Assembly: GCA_003427395.1 (NCBI GenBank)
Contig: BFEA01000018.1
Span: 874,578 to 938,577, forward strand
Length of the DNA: 64,000 nucleotides
Source of the DNA: Chara braunii
Lineage: Eukaryota > Plantae > Charophyceae
Direction: 5' to 3'
The notes beneath the pieces are model-generated. The model saw only the letters and a list, made by a program, of their open reading frames with translations, searched no databases and had not been told where the DNA came from. Position 1 is the first letter of the stretch. Every line of letters starts with the position of its first letter. Positions 1-10,899 of the stretch are shown piece by piece. The position numbers and the translations under genes are program-made.

Positions 1-349
1 TTTTTTTTTTTTTTTTTAATCTTAGGAACATGCCGGTGTTTTCCTGAGTAGCAAGGACATTATACTGCCATAGATTTGCTTTGCAATTTTTTCTTTTTGG
101 AGATTCCTTTTAAGGGACACTGGACCCGGTTTCCAGGAGCCTAAGCTGAGTATTGGCCTCAGCAAGTTTGTACCGGGTTGATATGTAGGGGTGAGTTCCC
201 GGCCCGGTGGTCTCATGTGGAATGAAAAGCGCTATGTTTCTCCAAAAAAAATAAAAAAATAAAAAAATGGGCACCGGGATATGTGATGTCTGTGTACATT
301 GCTGCTGAAGAGGGTTTTTTTTTTTTTTTGTGCCACTGAAGTGTATTAA

Positions 350-550
350 ACCACCAGTACTTTCGAGCCTTCTTTTCATGAGGATGGAAATGGGCCCCCA
401 GGCCAAAACAAAACAAACCTGCAGGGGCTGTCTTTATCAGCTAGCGCCACCAGCCATTTTGCTCCGGCCGCATGCACTCCAGCCGGCGGAAACCTGCAGC
501 CGCATGCGAGCTGTGTTGGAGAAGAAATGGATGGCAAACATACTGGCGGT
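350..550. mobile_element. MITE, TTAA-flanked family (TIR consensus ACCACCAGTAC)
   Basis: TTAA|ACCACCAGTA ... TACTGGCGGT|TTAA; the same termini recur at 31556, 53550 and 54091. Confidence 0.75.
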
Positions 551-563
551 TTAACATCGAGTC

Positions 564-601
<38 letters not shown>

Positions 602-664
602 TTCCTTCTTTTCCTTTTCATTTATGAATGAGAATGTGCATCTCAAATTCTTTTTTTTCATAAC

Positions 665-782
665 ATTTGGACCATGATTTCTCGATTTATGCGTTTCATC
701 CTTGAAAGCGCAGGGGCCATCCATGCTAATCTTCCTTCAAGTTCTCTGTATCATTCCAATTTTAACGGATGTCCCGAAGGAC
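665..782 (-). pseudogene. U6: U6 snRNA pseudogene (retrocopy) with several small insertions
   Basis: Reverse complement reads GTCCTTCGGGACATCCGTTAAAATTGGAATGATACAGAGAA...AAGATTAGCATGG...CCCCTGCGC...AAGGATGAAACGCATAAATCGAGAAAT...GGTCCAAAT, matching plant U6; followed by an A-rich tail. Confidence 0.92.
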
Positions 783-979
783 TCGTCTCCAATTCTATTC
801 CTTTGTGGAGCGGGAAAGCCTGAGTGGACGAGGCAGAAGGGCGATGCTGGTGTGTTTACACGCCAGTACTTTCTTTGTTCAGCACATTATGTCCTCCGCG
901 AGAGTAAAGCCTCACATTTGGTGCTACTTGATTTGAATGACTGAACGACTTTACTCTTTTACATGCTTTATAGAGTTTA

Positions 980-1519
980 AGCCAAGCGGGGCAGACAAAC
1001 AACAGCGGCACTACAGAAGACGTGACTAAGAAACACAAGGTTCTGCCAGTGCATACAAGGAGGACAGCGGAAGGTCGAAAGCCGCCCACGGAAGACTACA
1101 GCTATATGATAGCAGATGGGAATGGTGGCTACACTCCCCTTGGTACAGGGGCTAAAGGGGGGGGAAACCTCACCTTTCACTCTGCAAAGACTCCCTACGG
1201 ACGCAGCCTGCACCGACCTCACTACTCCCTGTCATCAGCAAACACAAAGGGCCCAAAAGCCCTGCCATCTCAAGTCGGGTACACCTGCCCTCACCACGCC
1301 TCGGGGGGACAGGCAACAGGAAGGACAGTGAACTCTACCAGCATATGTCAGTTGTCCAAACATTTGTCAGTCATTGATATGTCCTGTAACATGAGGGACG
1401 CTGGACCCGGTTTCCAGACCAGGTGCAGCTCCCCACCAATAGATGGAGCCTTCAACCAGGGACTCGCTTAGGAAGGCTGCTCTTATCACCTCCCTAAGTG
1501 GTATCCGTGACTTGAAGTT

Positions 1520-1552
<33 letters not shown>
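980..1552 (+). mobile_element. 5'-truncated LINE 3' UTR or SINE-like retrocopy; 5' boundary approximate
   Basis: GGGACGCTGGACCCGGTTTCCAG-GCTCCCCACCAATAGATGGAGC cassette at 1395-1449, as in the LINE B tail at 29264; terminal hairpin; poly(A) 1521-1552. Confidence 0.7.
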
Positions 1553-1554
<2 letters not shown>

Positions 1555-1934
1555 AGCATGTGAACCCTCCCGATCGGTGGCTACTGTCTTAACCCGAAAA
1601 CGTGTGTACGTACATTGTATACAAATGCAACAACGTAGAGAGCATTACTCGGCTTCCCTTTCGAAATATCGAGAAGCAGCTTTAATCAGAAGTAATTCCA
1701 TAATTACACTCTACCTATCAGAAGTACTTCCATAATTACCCTCTACCTGATCTATATATACACTGGAAGTGGAAGCATAGGAGGGCAGCAGTATGAGGTA
1801 CTAGTTTGTCTACAGAGAGCTATACATAAGGATCTCCCGGCAGTACAGTAATAGCAAAGGAAATTTACTTGGGGATTTAAGCAGACCCTCTCAGCCTAGC
1901 AGGCTGTCTGATAGAGTAATAATACTTCAACAAG

Positions 1935-2383
1935 GGGCATCGTTCGACACTCCTCGGGGACGCGATTCCAAGGATTCCGTCGTCGTTCCACCTGTCCTAA
2001 ATCGGAAATGAAAATGTGAAAACACTCCGAGGACAAATCCTCGGGCTCCGAGGATTTCCCAGCCAAATCGTCCTCGAACTCGAAGGACCTCGCGAGGTCC
2101 TTCGGAGCCCGAGGATCCGTGATTAACGGAGAGGAGAGGGCATGCACGTAGAGAGACGTTACAACCGAGAATTCTGATCGTGGCGGCACCCTATTGGCTG
2201 AAAGCTTGAAGCACAACTTTTTTTCTTTTTTTTTTCCTTTTATTTTTCTGACATTGCTCCGAGGATGAGTCCTAAAACCGATGCTCCGAGGATGAGTGGA
2301 ACGGAGACGACAAAAACCTTTAACTTTTCCGAGGATTCATCCTCGGAGCCCGAGTATGCCCCGAGGAGTGTCGAACGACGCCC
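1935..2383. mobile_element. PIF/Harbinger-type MITE
   Basis: 25-bp TIR GGGCATCGTTCGACACTCCTCGGGG / CCCCGAGGAGTGTCGAACGACGCCC; 3-bp TSD AAG; many internal CCGAGGA/TCCTCGG repeats. Confidence 0.85.
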
Positions 2384-2414
2384 AAGGTCTAACTTGGGAA
2401 TGGTCCCAGATTAA

Positions 2415-2817
2415 GGGCACACTCACACTACCACGTATTTTCGCAAAATCGCAAATTTTATGTAGTTTTTTGGGTCACAAGAGGCACGATTTTTGCGTGT
2501 TCACACAAAAGGGCACCTAAATGTCAGCGGCCTGGACAGCCATGGGCTTACATATTTTGCGGGGACCTCTAGATGTCCCCGCGAAATGGTATATCTTTTT
2601 CCTCTACTGCTTTCTGGAAGCACAAAAAAAAAAAGAAAAAAGTGCATTGTGCTGTCTGACTGCAGACAACGTATTTTCGCATCTCAAGGCCAGGTCGCGC
2701 CCCTGTCTTTTCTGCTTTGGGCAACAAACGGGTGACCAGTGTGACCCCCAGGTGCCATATAAACGCAAATTCACATACGTAAAATTTGCGGAAGTATGTC
2801 CTAGTGTGAGTATGCCC
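2415..2817. mobile_element. PIF/Harbinger (Tourist-like) MITE
   Basis: TIR GGGCACACTCACACTA / TAGTGTGAGTATGCCC; TAA on both flanks. Confidence 0.85.
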
Positions 2818-3452
2818 TAAGTCTGAGTAAAAAAGCTGATATCCCTTTCAGAAAAGTCCACCCAACAACACAAAGGAGCCGACCATTTCCCTTCACATTT
2901 GAAAATCTAATTTAGCTGTTTCCACTGAAGTTGAGTTACTCCTGAAAAAAAAAAAAAAAAAAAAGAGTTACTCCTATATTTACTCCATTCTGCCGTGCCG
3001 TCCAAGCGCTGTGCTTGCTTGCATTGTAAATTGTGCAATCATTATGGAGAGGGGGGATTGGGATGCTGATGAGACTCTTCTATCTCCCCTAGCCAGCCCC
3101 ACAGGGACCATAAATCTCTCAATCAGTCTGAGGGACTGAGGTACCTGGCCTTTTTGCTGCGTGCAGAAGGAGGAGGGGGGGTTCATTCTTTTTTTTTCTT
3201 TTTTTCTTTTTTCAGTCTAACATAGCCCCTGTGTAAGCCCACTATCCCGGCGGTGGTGAGAGAACCGTCAGGATTGAGGGCTTATCTATTGGGCTGCTCC
3301 ATCTATTGGTGGGGAGCGGCACCTGCTGGAAACCGGGTCCAGCGTCCCTTCATACATCTTAGAATACAAAGTTTGCTGTCTGCTGTCACTTTTCCAGGGC
3401 CATGACCAACTTTTACTATACAACCTAAGATTCATTCTACCAGTAATGACTA

Positions 3453-3560
3453 CCGTCTTCTTCCGCCGAACATAACGCACCCTGAAAATGAACGTATACA
3501 AGGTATGTTTGCGGCCCGATACAGTCAAAATGAGGGTGCGTTGTGTTCAGGGGAAGAAGG
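3453..3560. mobile_element. Tc1/mariner(pogo)-type MITE
   Basis: TA|CCGTCTTC...GAACATAACGCACCCT ... AGGGTGCGTTGTGTTC...GAAGAAGG|TA; termini related to 61947-62464. Confidence 0.75.
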
Positions 3561-4264
3561 TAGTAAGTCTTGAGACCAGAGAAAACAATTCCGACCACTC
3601 AATACCAACACACCCCTTCCTCAAAAGTTAAAAAAAAAAAAAAAAGTTAAAGTAGACTCTATGGAGGGGAGCTAAAACGCTCCCCATGTCCCAGGGGGGA
3701 CAACAACACTGACAAAAATGAAGTCTTCCAACAGAGTCTAGTTTAGCTAAGAAGGAGTCCCTCTCCCATGTATCCCCAAACCATTTCCTTGCTTTCTGAT
3801 TCCCTGGGAGTTTTCTCCTAGTGCCAGGAGTTTTCTTATCCCTGAGAAGAGTATTCCGCAATAGGCACTTTAGTCTTTGGAGGGAGCTTCGCCAGGGGGC
3901 GGTATGATCCATCCATATCTGCATACATCCACTTTCCAGTCTTGGATTGGGAGGGGCTTGTATCACAATCCGGAAGGGTAAGGTAATATTACCTGATTTC
4001 TTCGGTTGTACCCGGACCTCATCCGTACCTGCGGGTGAGAAAGGATTTCCCTTGTAGTGGGGATTTTTATTTATTTATTGTTTTTTAATTGGTGGGGGGG
4101 ATTTTCTTGAAGTGAGGTATGTAACTCGTTTTGAAGTTTCTTGAAATAACTGTACGTAAAAATAAATAAAAATAAATAAATAAATGTACGTGGAAATAAA
4201 TAAATAAATAAATAATGTACATACATACGTTGTTTCTTGAAATAACTTGTGGATTCACGCACGA

Positions 4265-4420
4265 CTGTCTTAACCCAAATACAATGTAGGGTACGTTGTA
4301 TTCGAGGGACCCGGTACTTTTTTTTCCCAAAAAAAAAGAAAAATAAAACGATTTTTTAGAAGCCATTTTTCAGAGGTACCTTGAATACGAGGTGAGTACG
4401 GTGTCTTTGGGTTAAGACAG
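4265..4420. mobile_element. Tc1/mariner(pogo)-type MITE
   Basis: TIR CTGTCTTAACCCAAA / TTTGGGTTAAGACAG|TA; a solo left end of the same family lies at ~1584. Confidence 0.75.
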
Positions 4421-4712
4421 TAGGGTTTTCAGTGATAGCTTGGGCTTACATTTTCTTGTTGGGGGGCAAAAGTTGCAGGCAAGTGCCTCTCTTGGATGCG
4501 CATGTATGGACGTGAGGGGGGAGTGGGCAACGGTCAGGTAGCTCAAGCCAAATGTTCATCCTGAGGCGGCCGTAGTGCCATCCGGATAGATGAAAGTGCA
4601 AGCGGCTCACGAGATGGTGGCTCGTGAGGGGTAAGTCTTGCCGGAAGGGGGATCAGGGTAGGATGGTGGCGTTGCTGACATGGGGGCATTCGGTTTCTCT
4701 GTTTGTGATAGT

Positions 4713-5190
4713 CACCGAAGCTGGTTTGAATGCGGCGGCGGCAAGCGGCGGGGGATTGCTAACGCACGCAGCGCAACGCAGGCACTGCATGCATGCCAGA
4801 ACTCGCCGGCGGAATGGCACGGACGCAAGGGGAGAAGTGCGCGTGTGGGCGCGAGATGGGTTGCTGTCCAGCAGGGGTATTACCATGCCCCTGGCTATGG
4901 CTGGCCTTGGTCGGCGGGAGCCGGCAATCCTCGGTAGCCAGTGCATTACTCGGCTTCGCTTTACCACCGAAGCTGGTTTGAATGCGGCGGCGGCAAGCGG
5001 CGGGGAATCGCTAACGCACGCAGCGCAACGCAGGCACTGCATGCATGCCAGAACTCACCGGCTGAGTGGCACGGACGCAAGGGGAGAAGTGCGTGTGTGG
5101 GCGTGAGATGGGTTGCTGTCCAGCAGGGGTATTACCACGCCCCTGGCTATGGCTGGCCTTGGTCAGCGGGAGCCGACAATCCTCGTGAGG
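4713..5190. repeat. Tandem duplication with a 252-bp GC-rich unit (about 2 copies)
   Basis: CACCGAAGCTGGTTTGAATGCGGCGGCGGCAAGCGGCGGGG starts at 4713 and again at 4965. Confidence 0.9.
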
Positions 5191-6847
5191 TCGCGAAGGG
5201 AGAGAGTCGTATGTGTGGCTGACCGCGAGGCAGGGTTTGCTAGCCGCCAACATATCATAAACGAAGCTTGATCAGGGGCCTCAGCCCCCTGGTGCCAGAT
5301 ATGTAATTTTGTGGATAGCTGGCATTGGAAGCTGTCCGTGATGGAGTCGAAGCTGTTGGAAGACGTACATGGACTGCTGCGACGTTTACATGGACTGTAG
5401 TGACTCTGGTCTTAGTCCCCCTTGCTGTTGTGAAGGTGTGGGCGACTTCGACATGATAGGGTTTCGCTCAGCCTATTGTTGACAAATGCTGGCATTCTTA
5501 TTCCTCGTCATGATAGAGGAATATTTTCTCCGCTTGTGTTGTATTTCGTTTTTTGTTAGCGTAGTCTTACGTTTTGGGTGTTTTGGCGGTTTATGGAATT
5601 GCTATTCCTAATTTGTTGTCAGCATTTGTTAATTTTGCTCTCCCTTTTTACTGCATCTAGTTTCCTGAGCGTTAATTTTGCTTTTGTTGTTTGCTACAAT
5701 TAGATTCTTGGGATTTTTATTACTTTTCTGTTGTAGGAATTGTAATTTCGACCCGCCGATTACCAAATTAGGTGGGATCTGTGTGTCTGTTTAGCCGAGT
5801 TAGACGAACGTTTTTCAATTTTGAAGTTCTTCTGTTGGTAGCATGAAGGAATTTCGATCCCTTTCGTGGATTTCTGCTTATTCTAATTTAGGGATCATAG
5901 CAGATTGCCGGGCATATCTGGCGGGCTTCCCGGATATGCCCTTCATCGGGCCATCATCGCATGGGATGCGGGTGAATTTTTCACCCTTGCGATTTGCCTT
6001 GCCTTTAGGCCTGTTTCGGATTTTTTGTTATCAAGGTTGACGGGGGTTGCAGGGGTCTCCTATGCCGATTTCGTTCGTCCCGGCTTGGATGTTTTTTGGG
6101 GGATACCTACCTGGCTTGCTGGGTACTCACTCTCCTGGGCTACTCTTGCCAAGAGCCTGGTACGTCGCGGTTTCCCGTGTGCTATGGTACCCGACGGTTT
6201 CGAGGGACTGTAGTGCAGCCCTGGTGACTGTGTGTATATTACCAACGCTTGTCTGTGAGTTTGGTCTCTCACTTGGATCGGCGGTTGCGTCTTAGAGCAC
6301 CGACGAGCGCTGCTGCGCTGTCTTACTGCTCCGTCGCCGGGGTACCTGGCTTCGTCGACTGTGCTGGTTTGTGAACGTGCGCGCGCCCGAGCGCTCGCCC
6401 GAGCATGTCCAAGCTGTTCCATCGTGATCAGGTGTTTTGCTTCGCTGACGGGTCTTCTTGCCTCTACTCCCGTTTCCGTTGCTGGCGTCATCGTGCGGAG
6501 CTGTGATCTCGGAGTACAGTTGGATTGGCAGATCGGGACTCCCCGAGCTCGCTGTGACTTGCGTGTTTTTGTTTGATTGGCTTGTTGCCTGTTTTCTGGT
6601 GTTTGCCTGTGTTTGGCTGTCTTGTGCAGGGGGATCTATGCCGACGTGCAGAATGGAGTTAGCGCTTCTCACCTTCTCGTCTGGTATCCGTTCGGCTGTC
6701 TCCTGCATTACTTTTTCGTTGCTGCGATTTTCAGCGTTCTCGTGCTTCGCTTTCTGGAGGACTGGGGTAGGATAGATACTATATAAGATGGCAAGGCTGA
6801 TGGATTGGCCATCTCGATCTAGTCGTGTGATGCAGGGCTCGCTTTTG

Positions 6848-6893
6848 AACCTCCTGATGATGCTACTGGCGGGGTAGTTGAAACGCGTAGGGG
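6848..6893 (+). ncRNA. Minimal type I hammerhead ribozyme motif of the Penelope-like element type
   Basis: CTC-CTGATGA-T-GCTAC(tggcggg)GTAGT-T-GAAA-CGCG-TA-GGG: intact core, stem II, palindromic ACGCGT stem III, GUA cleavage triplet; stem I is weak. Confidence 0.6.
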
Positions 6894-7933
6894 TATAACC
6901 GCGTTTTTTATCGGAGTTATCTTTGGCTCCGTTTTGAAGTGAAGTCCTATGCTCTGTATTCTATGAGAGATGATCTCCTGTTTTTTTTTTTTTTCGAGTA
7001 TCTACTTTGAGTGATGATTTCTCAATGTTTGCGACTTTTGAGGCATGTGTAATGGAATGTATGTCTTGGTGAATCATTCGCTTCCATTCTCATGCTGAAA
7101 GCTGTTTTTTTGCCAAACAGTTCTTTCAATTCAATTTTGGTTTCGTAGAGGTTGGTGTAGAAGTTGGTGTTTCTGTTGTGTCTGTGGTCTCTTACGTTTT
7201 TCACAATTGCTGATTGCCTTTTGGCCGGGGCTCATATGGTTCCTTTTTATGGTTACTTGAGACGATTTGGGAGTGCTGGCTCGCACAGACCTTGTCATGG
7301 TGGGCGGTGGGGTCTCTTAGGGGGTTGGCACAGATTGAGGGAGTGGTTAGCCCTAAATCGCGAGGAGGCGGGTGGGTTTGCAGGGTCTTTTGACCCTAGC
7401 CGCATGGGTGGTAGGGTCTTCCCACAGGGGAGAAGTTGTTGGATTGGTTTTGCCTGTTTGCATGTAGTTGGGATTTTCTTCTGACATCCTGTTTTCTTGA
7501 CTGGGATTGGAGAGTGTCGCTCCGCGGGTGCTTCATCATGGAGGGCGGTGAAGACTCCATCGCGAAGCGAAATGCAGATGAGAGGAGTGGTGTACCCTAA
7601 ATCGCGAGGAGGTGGGTGGGTTCTGCCGGGTCTTTGGCCCCTGCGGCGCGGGTGGTAGGAAATTGCCATCATGGTGGGAGTTGGCAGTTTCGGTGGGTGA
7701 ATGTCGGTGGTGGTGCGATCCGCTCTAAATTGCGAGGAGGTGGGTGGGCCTTTGCGGGGTCTGAGTCTGCGGTTGGGGGCCCGGCGACCTAGACCCCTGC
7801 CGTGTGGGAGGTAAGGCGGATACGCAGGGTTTGGTGTTTAACAGAGGATGGGGGATTTTGTTCCTGGCGTTACTTACTTAGGATTTTGGCATACTCTTTT
7901 CTTATGTTCGTTTTGTTGAGCCTTTTCGATGAT

Positions 7934-8060
7934 GTGAGGGATGCCGGACCCGGTTTCCGGCTTTTATAATTCAAAAGCAGCGGTCGTATGAACCAGGACG
8001 GAGTGCCTGGATCATCCGACATTTGGCTGCCTGCGTTCTTAAAAAAAAAAAAAAAAAAAA
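7934..8060 (+). mobile_element. Retroposed 3' tail (pseudoknot motif plus poly(A)) ending a long T/G-rich element
   Basis: GGGATGCCGGACCCGGTTTCCGGC at 7938-7961; poly(A) 8041-8060. Confidence 0.6.
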
Positions 8061-8739
8061 GTCTCCTGGTTGTTTGTTATTTTTCTTCAGATTCTCTAAT
8101 TCGTAACTTTTTTACTAGTAGACTAGTAGGAAAAAAAAAAAAAAAAAAGTAGGATATGGCTTAGAATTTTCTCAGAATTTCTTAGCAGAAGCCGGGTAAT
8201 GGCCGCAGTTACTTTTTGATTTATTCTTCCAATTGTGCGAAGTTTATCATAAGGGATGCTGGGTGCAGTACCCAGCACGTGAAGCTCCCCACCAATAGAT
8301 TGGAGCAATTTCCCTTTTTTTTTGTTAATATAAACAAGAAAAAGGCCGCAGCATCCATCTTGAAGAATTGAGTTTGAATCCTGTTGTGCTCTTTTTTTTT
8401 TCCTTTCTTTTTTCCCTTTCTGAGTAGCGATTTTAATTTTATGATTTTGAAACCCTAAAGGCAAAAAAAACACGCGCCCGCAAAGAAACCACATGCAAAC
8501 TCGAAATGAGCGATTTCGGTCCAAAAGTATCCGTTGGGCATTTTCTTTTTTTTTTGTTTTCCCCTCTGACACCACGGCCGACCCCTGTAAATATGACACC
8601 CGGTCTGACACGACGGCCGTCGGTACTTCCGTTGCCTTTTCGAACTCAGTGCGGTTTTCTTTGCCGAGGCGTGTTTTTTTTGGCCAATTCGATACTCAAA
8701 GGTGACATAAAACGTACTTACCCCTAATTTAATTCTTGG

Positions 8740-8913
8740 GGGAACTACGCAGGAGTCACAAAAACGCGTTATGATTGCAGTACCCATACAGTTTTGCATT
8801 GCAGTTCGGGCAATGTATACAACCCAGCTTTCTGGCCAGGTGTAGGGTGCCCGAAGTGCAATTGCAAACTGTATCTTGCCCCATTCTGCAATTATAACTC
8901 GTTTTTGTGACTC
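8740..8913. mobile_element. MITE with long TIRs; right end cut by a retro-tail insertion
   Basis: GAGTCACAAAAACGCGTTATGATTGCAG / CTGCAATTATAACTCGTTTTTGTGACTC; a matching end recurs at ~41101-41128. Confidence 0.65.
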
Positions 8914-9470
8914 TGTTTTTTTTTTTTTTTTTTTTTTTTTTCACTTAAAAGAAGCTCCAATCTATTGGTGAGCTGCACCTGCTGGAGAACAGGTCTAGCA
9001 TCCCACTTATACGTCAGAGAGTCGGGATAAATAGGCGGACAGCATTGATTGGGCTGCTGGACGGCGATGATTGACCCACCCATCATCAACAGCAGTGAAC
9101 ACACACACACACACACACCAATTAGAGGAGGATCATGCGTGCACCGGAAACACACGTCCAGAGTACCGGCTTGGAGGTAGTATTAGGATGGCAGTTGCTT
9201 TATTAGGTTAAGGAGGGAGAAAAGAAAAGAGTGAAAAAAACAGAATCACATGCTGTGGACCAGTGCATATACCAGGCAGGACCTCATTGCCTGGGCTTCC
9301 AGGGGTGAGGTCCCACTTTCACAGATTCTTCACTTGTGGCAGTTGATCTCTGTGATCTGTCATCAGAAACAGAGAATCCGGGCAGGGCGGGAAGCCCCCA
9401 AGAGGATGCTCTTTTCATCAGCCTCTCAGTAATCAGCGGTATGTACTAGCCTATTCAGTCTCCCTCTCTC

Positions 9471-9522
<52 letters not shown>

Positions 9523-9905
9523 GTTTGCTGTGTCCTGGACATCAAACTGCAGAGACTGAGTTGCAGAATCTGGTGCTGGTTGGGGGCTCATACAGAGGCC
9601 ATAGATGGGAGGGAGGGGGAGGTGAGAGGGGGGGAGAGGGACTAGATTGAAAAAAAAAGAAAAATCAAGACATCCTCTCTGAAGTCTGGACCAGGCTGGA
9701 GAAAAATAATTTCCAAAAAAGAACCGCCGACACCCATGGGGAAATGACTATACATGTTAGCCGCCTCCCGATCAACATTATTGTGAATGCTTTCCATTAT
9801 CCTTCTCTTTTGTCCAAGTTTCTTTTCTTTCATTTGTTCCTTTTCCTTTTCCAGAAGTCTGAACCAGAGGGAAATTCAGATGTCCACTTTTTTTTTTTTT
9901 TACCA

Positions 9906-9912
9906 CCTTCCT

Positions 9913-9963
<51 letters not shown>

Positions 9964-10029
9964 TTAAGGGTCAGGTTCAATGCACTTCTCACAGCACCCC
10001 CAGCAGCAAACAGCCGAGATCGCTGCAAT
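9906..10029 (-). pseudogene. 18S rRNA 3'-terminal fragment, polyadenylated retrocopy
   Basis: CCTTCCTCAGGTTCACCTACGGAAACCTTGTTACGACTTCTCCTTCCTCTAAATGAT is the reverse complement of the conserved eukaryotic SSU 3' end; an adjacent T-tract (9887-9901) reads as poly(A) on the sense strand. Confidence 0.9.
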
Positions 10030-10899
10030 GGTAGGAGGGAAGGGTGGTGTGTACAATGGGCAGGGAAAAAGAACAAACAAACAAACAAACAAACAAACAA
10101 AGGGCAGGGACGTAGTCAGCATGACGCTGTGCTGTTTCTTTTGTGTTCTGTCCTCGACCCGTGCTGTTTCTGTTGTGTTCTGTCCTCGACCCGTCGGTGG
10201 CAGGACTGATCTGGTTCTTCCTGCAGGATAGGCCCGTTGAAGGCGTGTGGGGTGGGCTTGGCTATTCTTGCCTATTTTAGTATTTTCGTTTTTTTTTTTT
10301 TTTTTAGAAATAAAAAGAACCTGCCCCTGCGCAAAAGAGTGGTCTTCAAAAAAAAAAAAAAAAAAGAGTGGGCTCTTGCCGGAGGATGAGGTTCCCCAGG
10401 TTTCCACCCGATGCAGCTCCCCACCAGTAGAATGCTCAACCTGCTTTCTAGCAGGTGCAGCTCCCCACCAGCAGAACAGAGGGGAGGGCAAAAAAAAAAA
10501 AAAAAAAAAAACTAGTAAGGCCGCGGTCAAGTTTTGAGTTCTTTGCGAATTCTTTTCGGATTTCGAAAACGGGGCCGGAGAATTCCAGAGAGGGAGGAGC
10601 GCTAGGACCGGGCGGGTAGCGGTAGCGCTCCGGTCGCTAGCGTCGCCGCGCGAAAAATTCGTGCTTCGCACAGCGCTGCCTGACCGTCACCCCCGCCATC
10701 GCGACGGGGAACGGAGATGCATTGACGCGTTCACCCCATATCGTGAGTGAAGGGGAGTGCCCCCAAGCTGCCAGACAGTCCGGACAAGTGTGGATAGGGT
10801 AGGACGAAGAAGGAGGTCTTCGGACATAGCCAGAGAAGGAACGACGCACAGGAAGAGTCAACGAAGGAAGCCCGGCAGATAGGGCCCACATCATCAAAT

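Larger units (their letters stand above)
3186..4680 (-). mobile_element. Degraded 5'-truncated LINE (ORF2 C-terminus, 3' UTR, poly(A)) interrupted by MITEs; upstream boundary approximate
   Basis: Minus-strand peptide KWFGDTWERDSFLAKLDSVGRLHF resembles the ORF2 ends of LINEs A and C; a C-x2-C remnant (ACNFCP) near 4470; tail cassette 3295-3348; T-tract 3186-3211. Confidence 0.6.

Noticed and set aside
10519-10640. HDV-like ribozyme at the LINE A 5' end (starts GGCCGCG)
   Set aside because: No complementary P1 strand or P3/L3 core found
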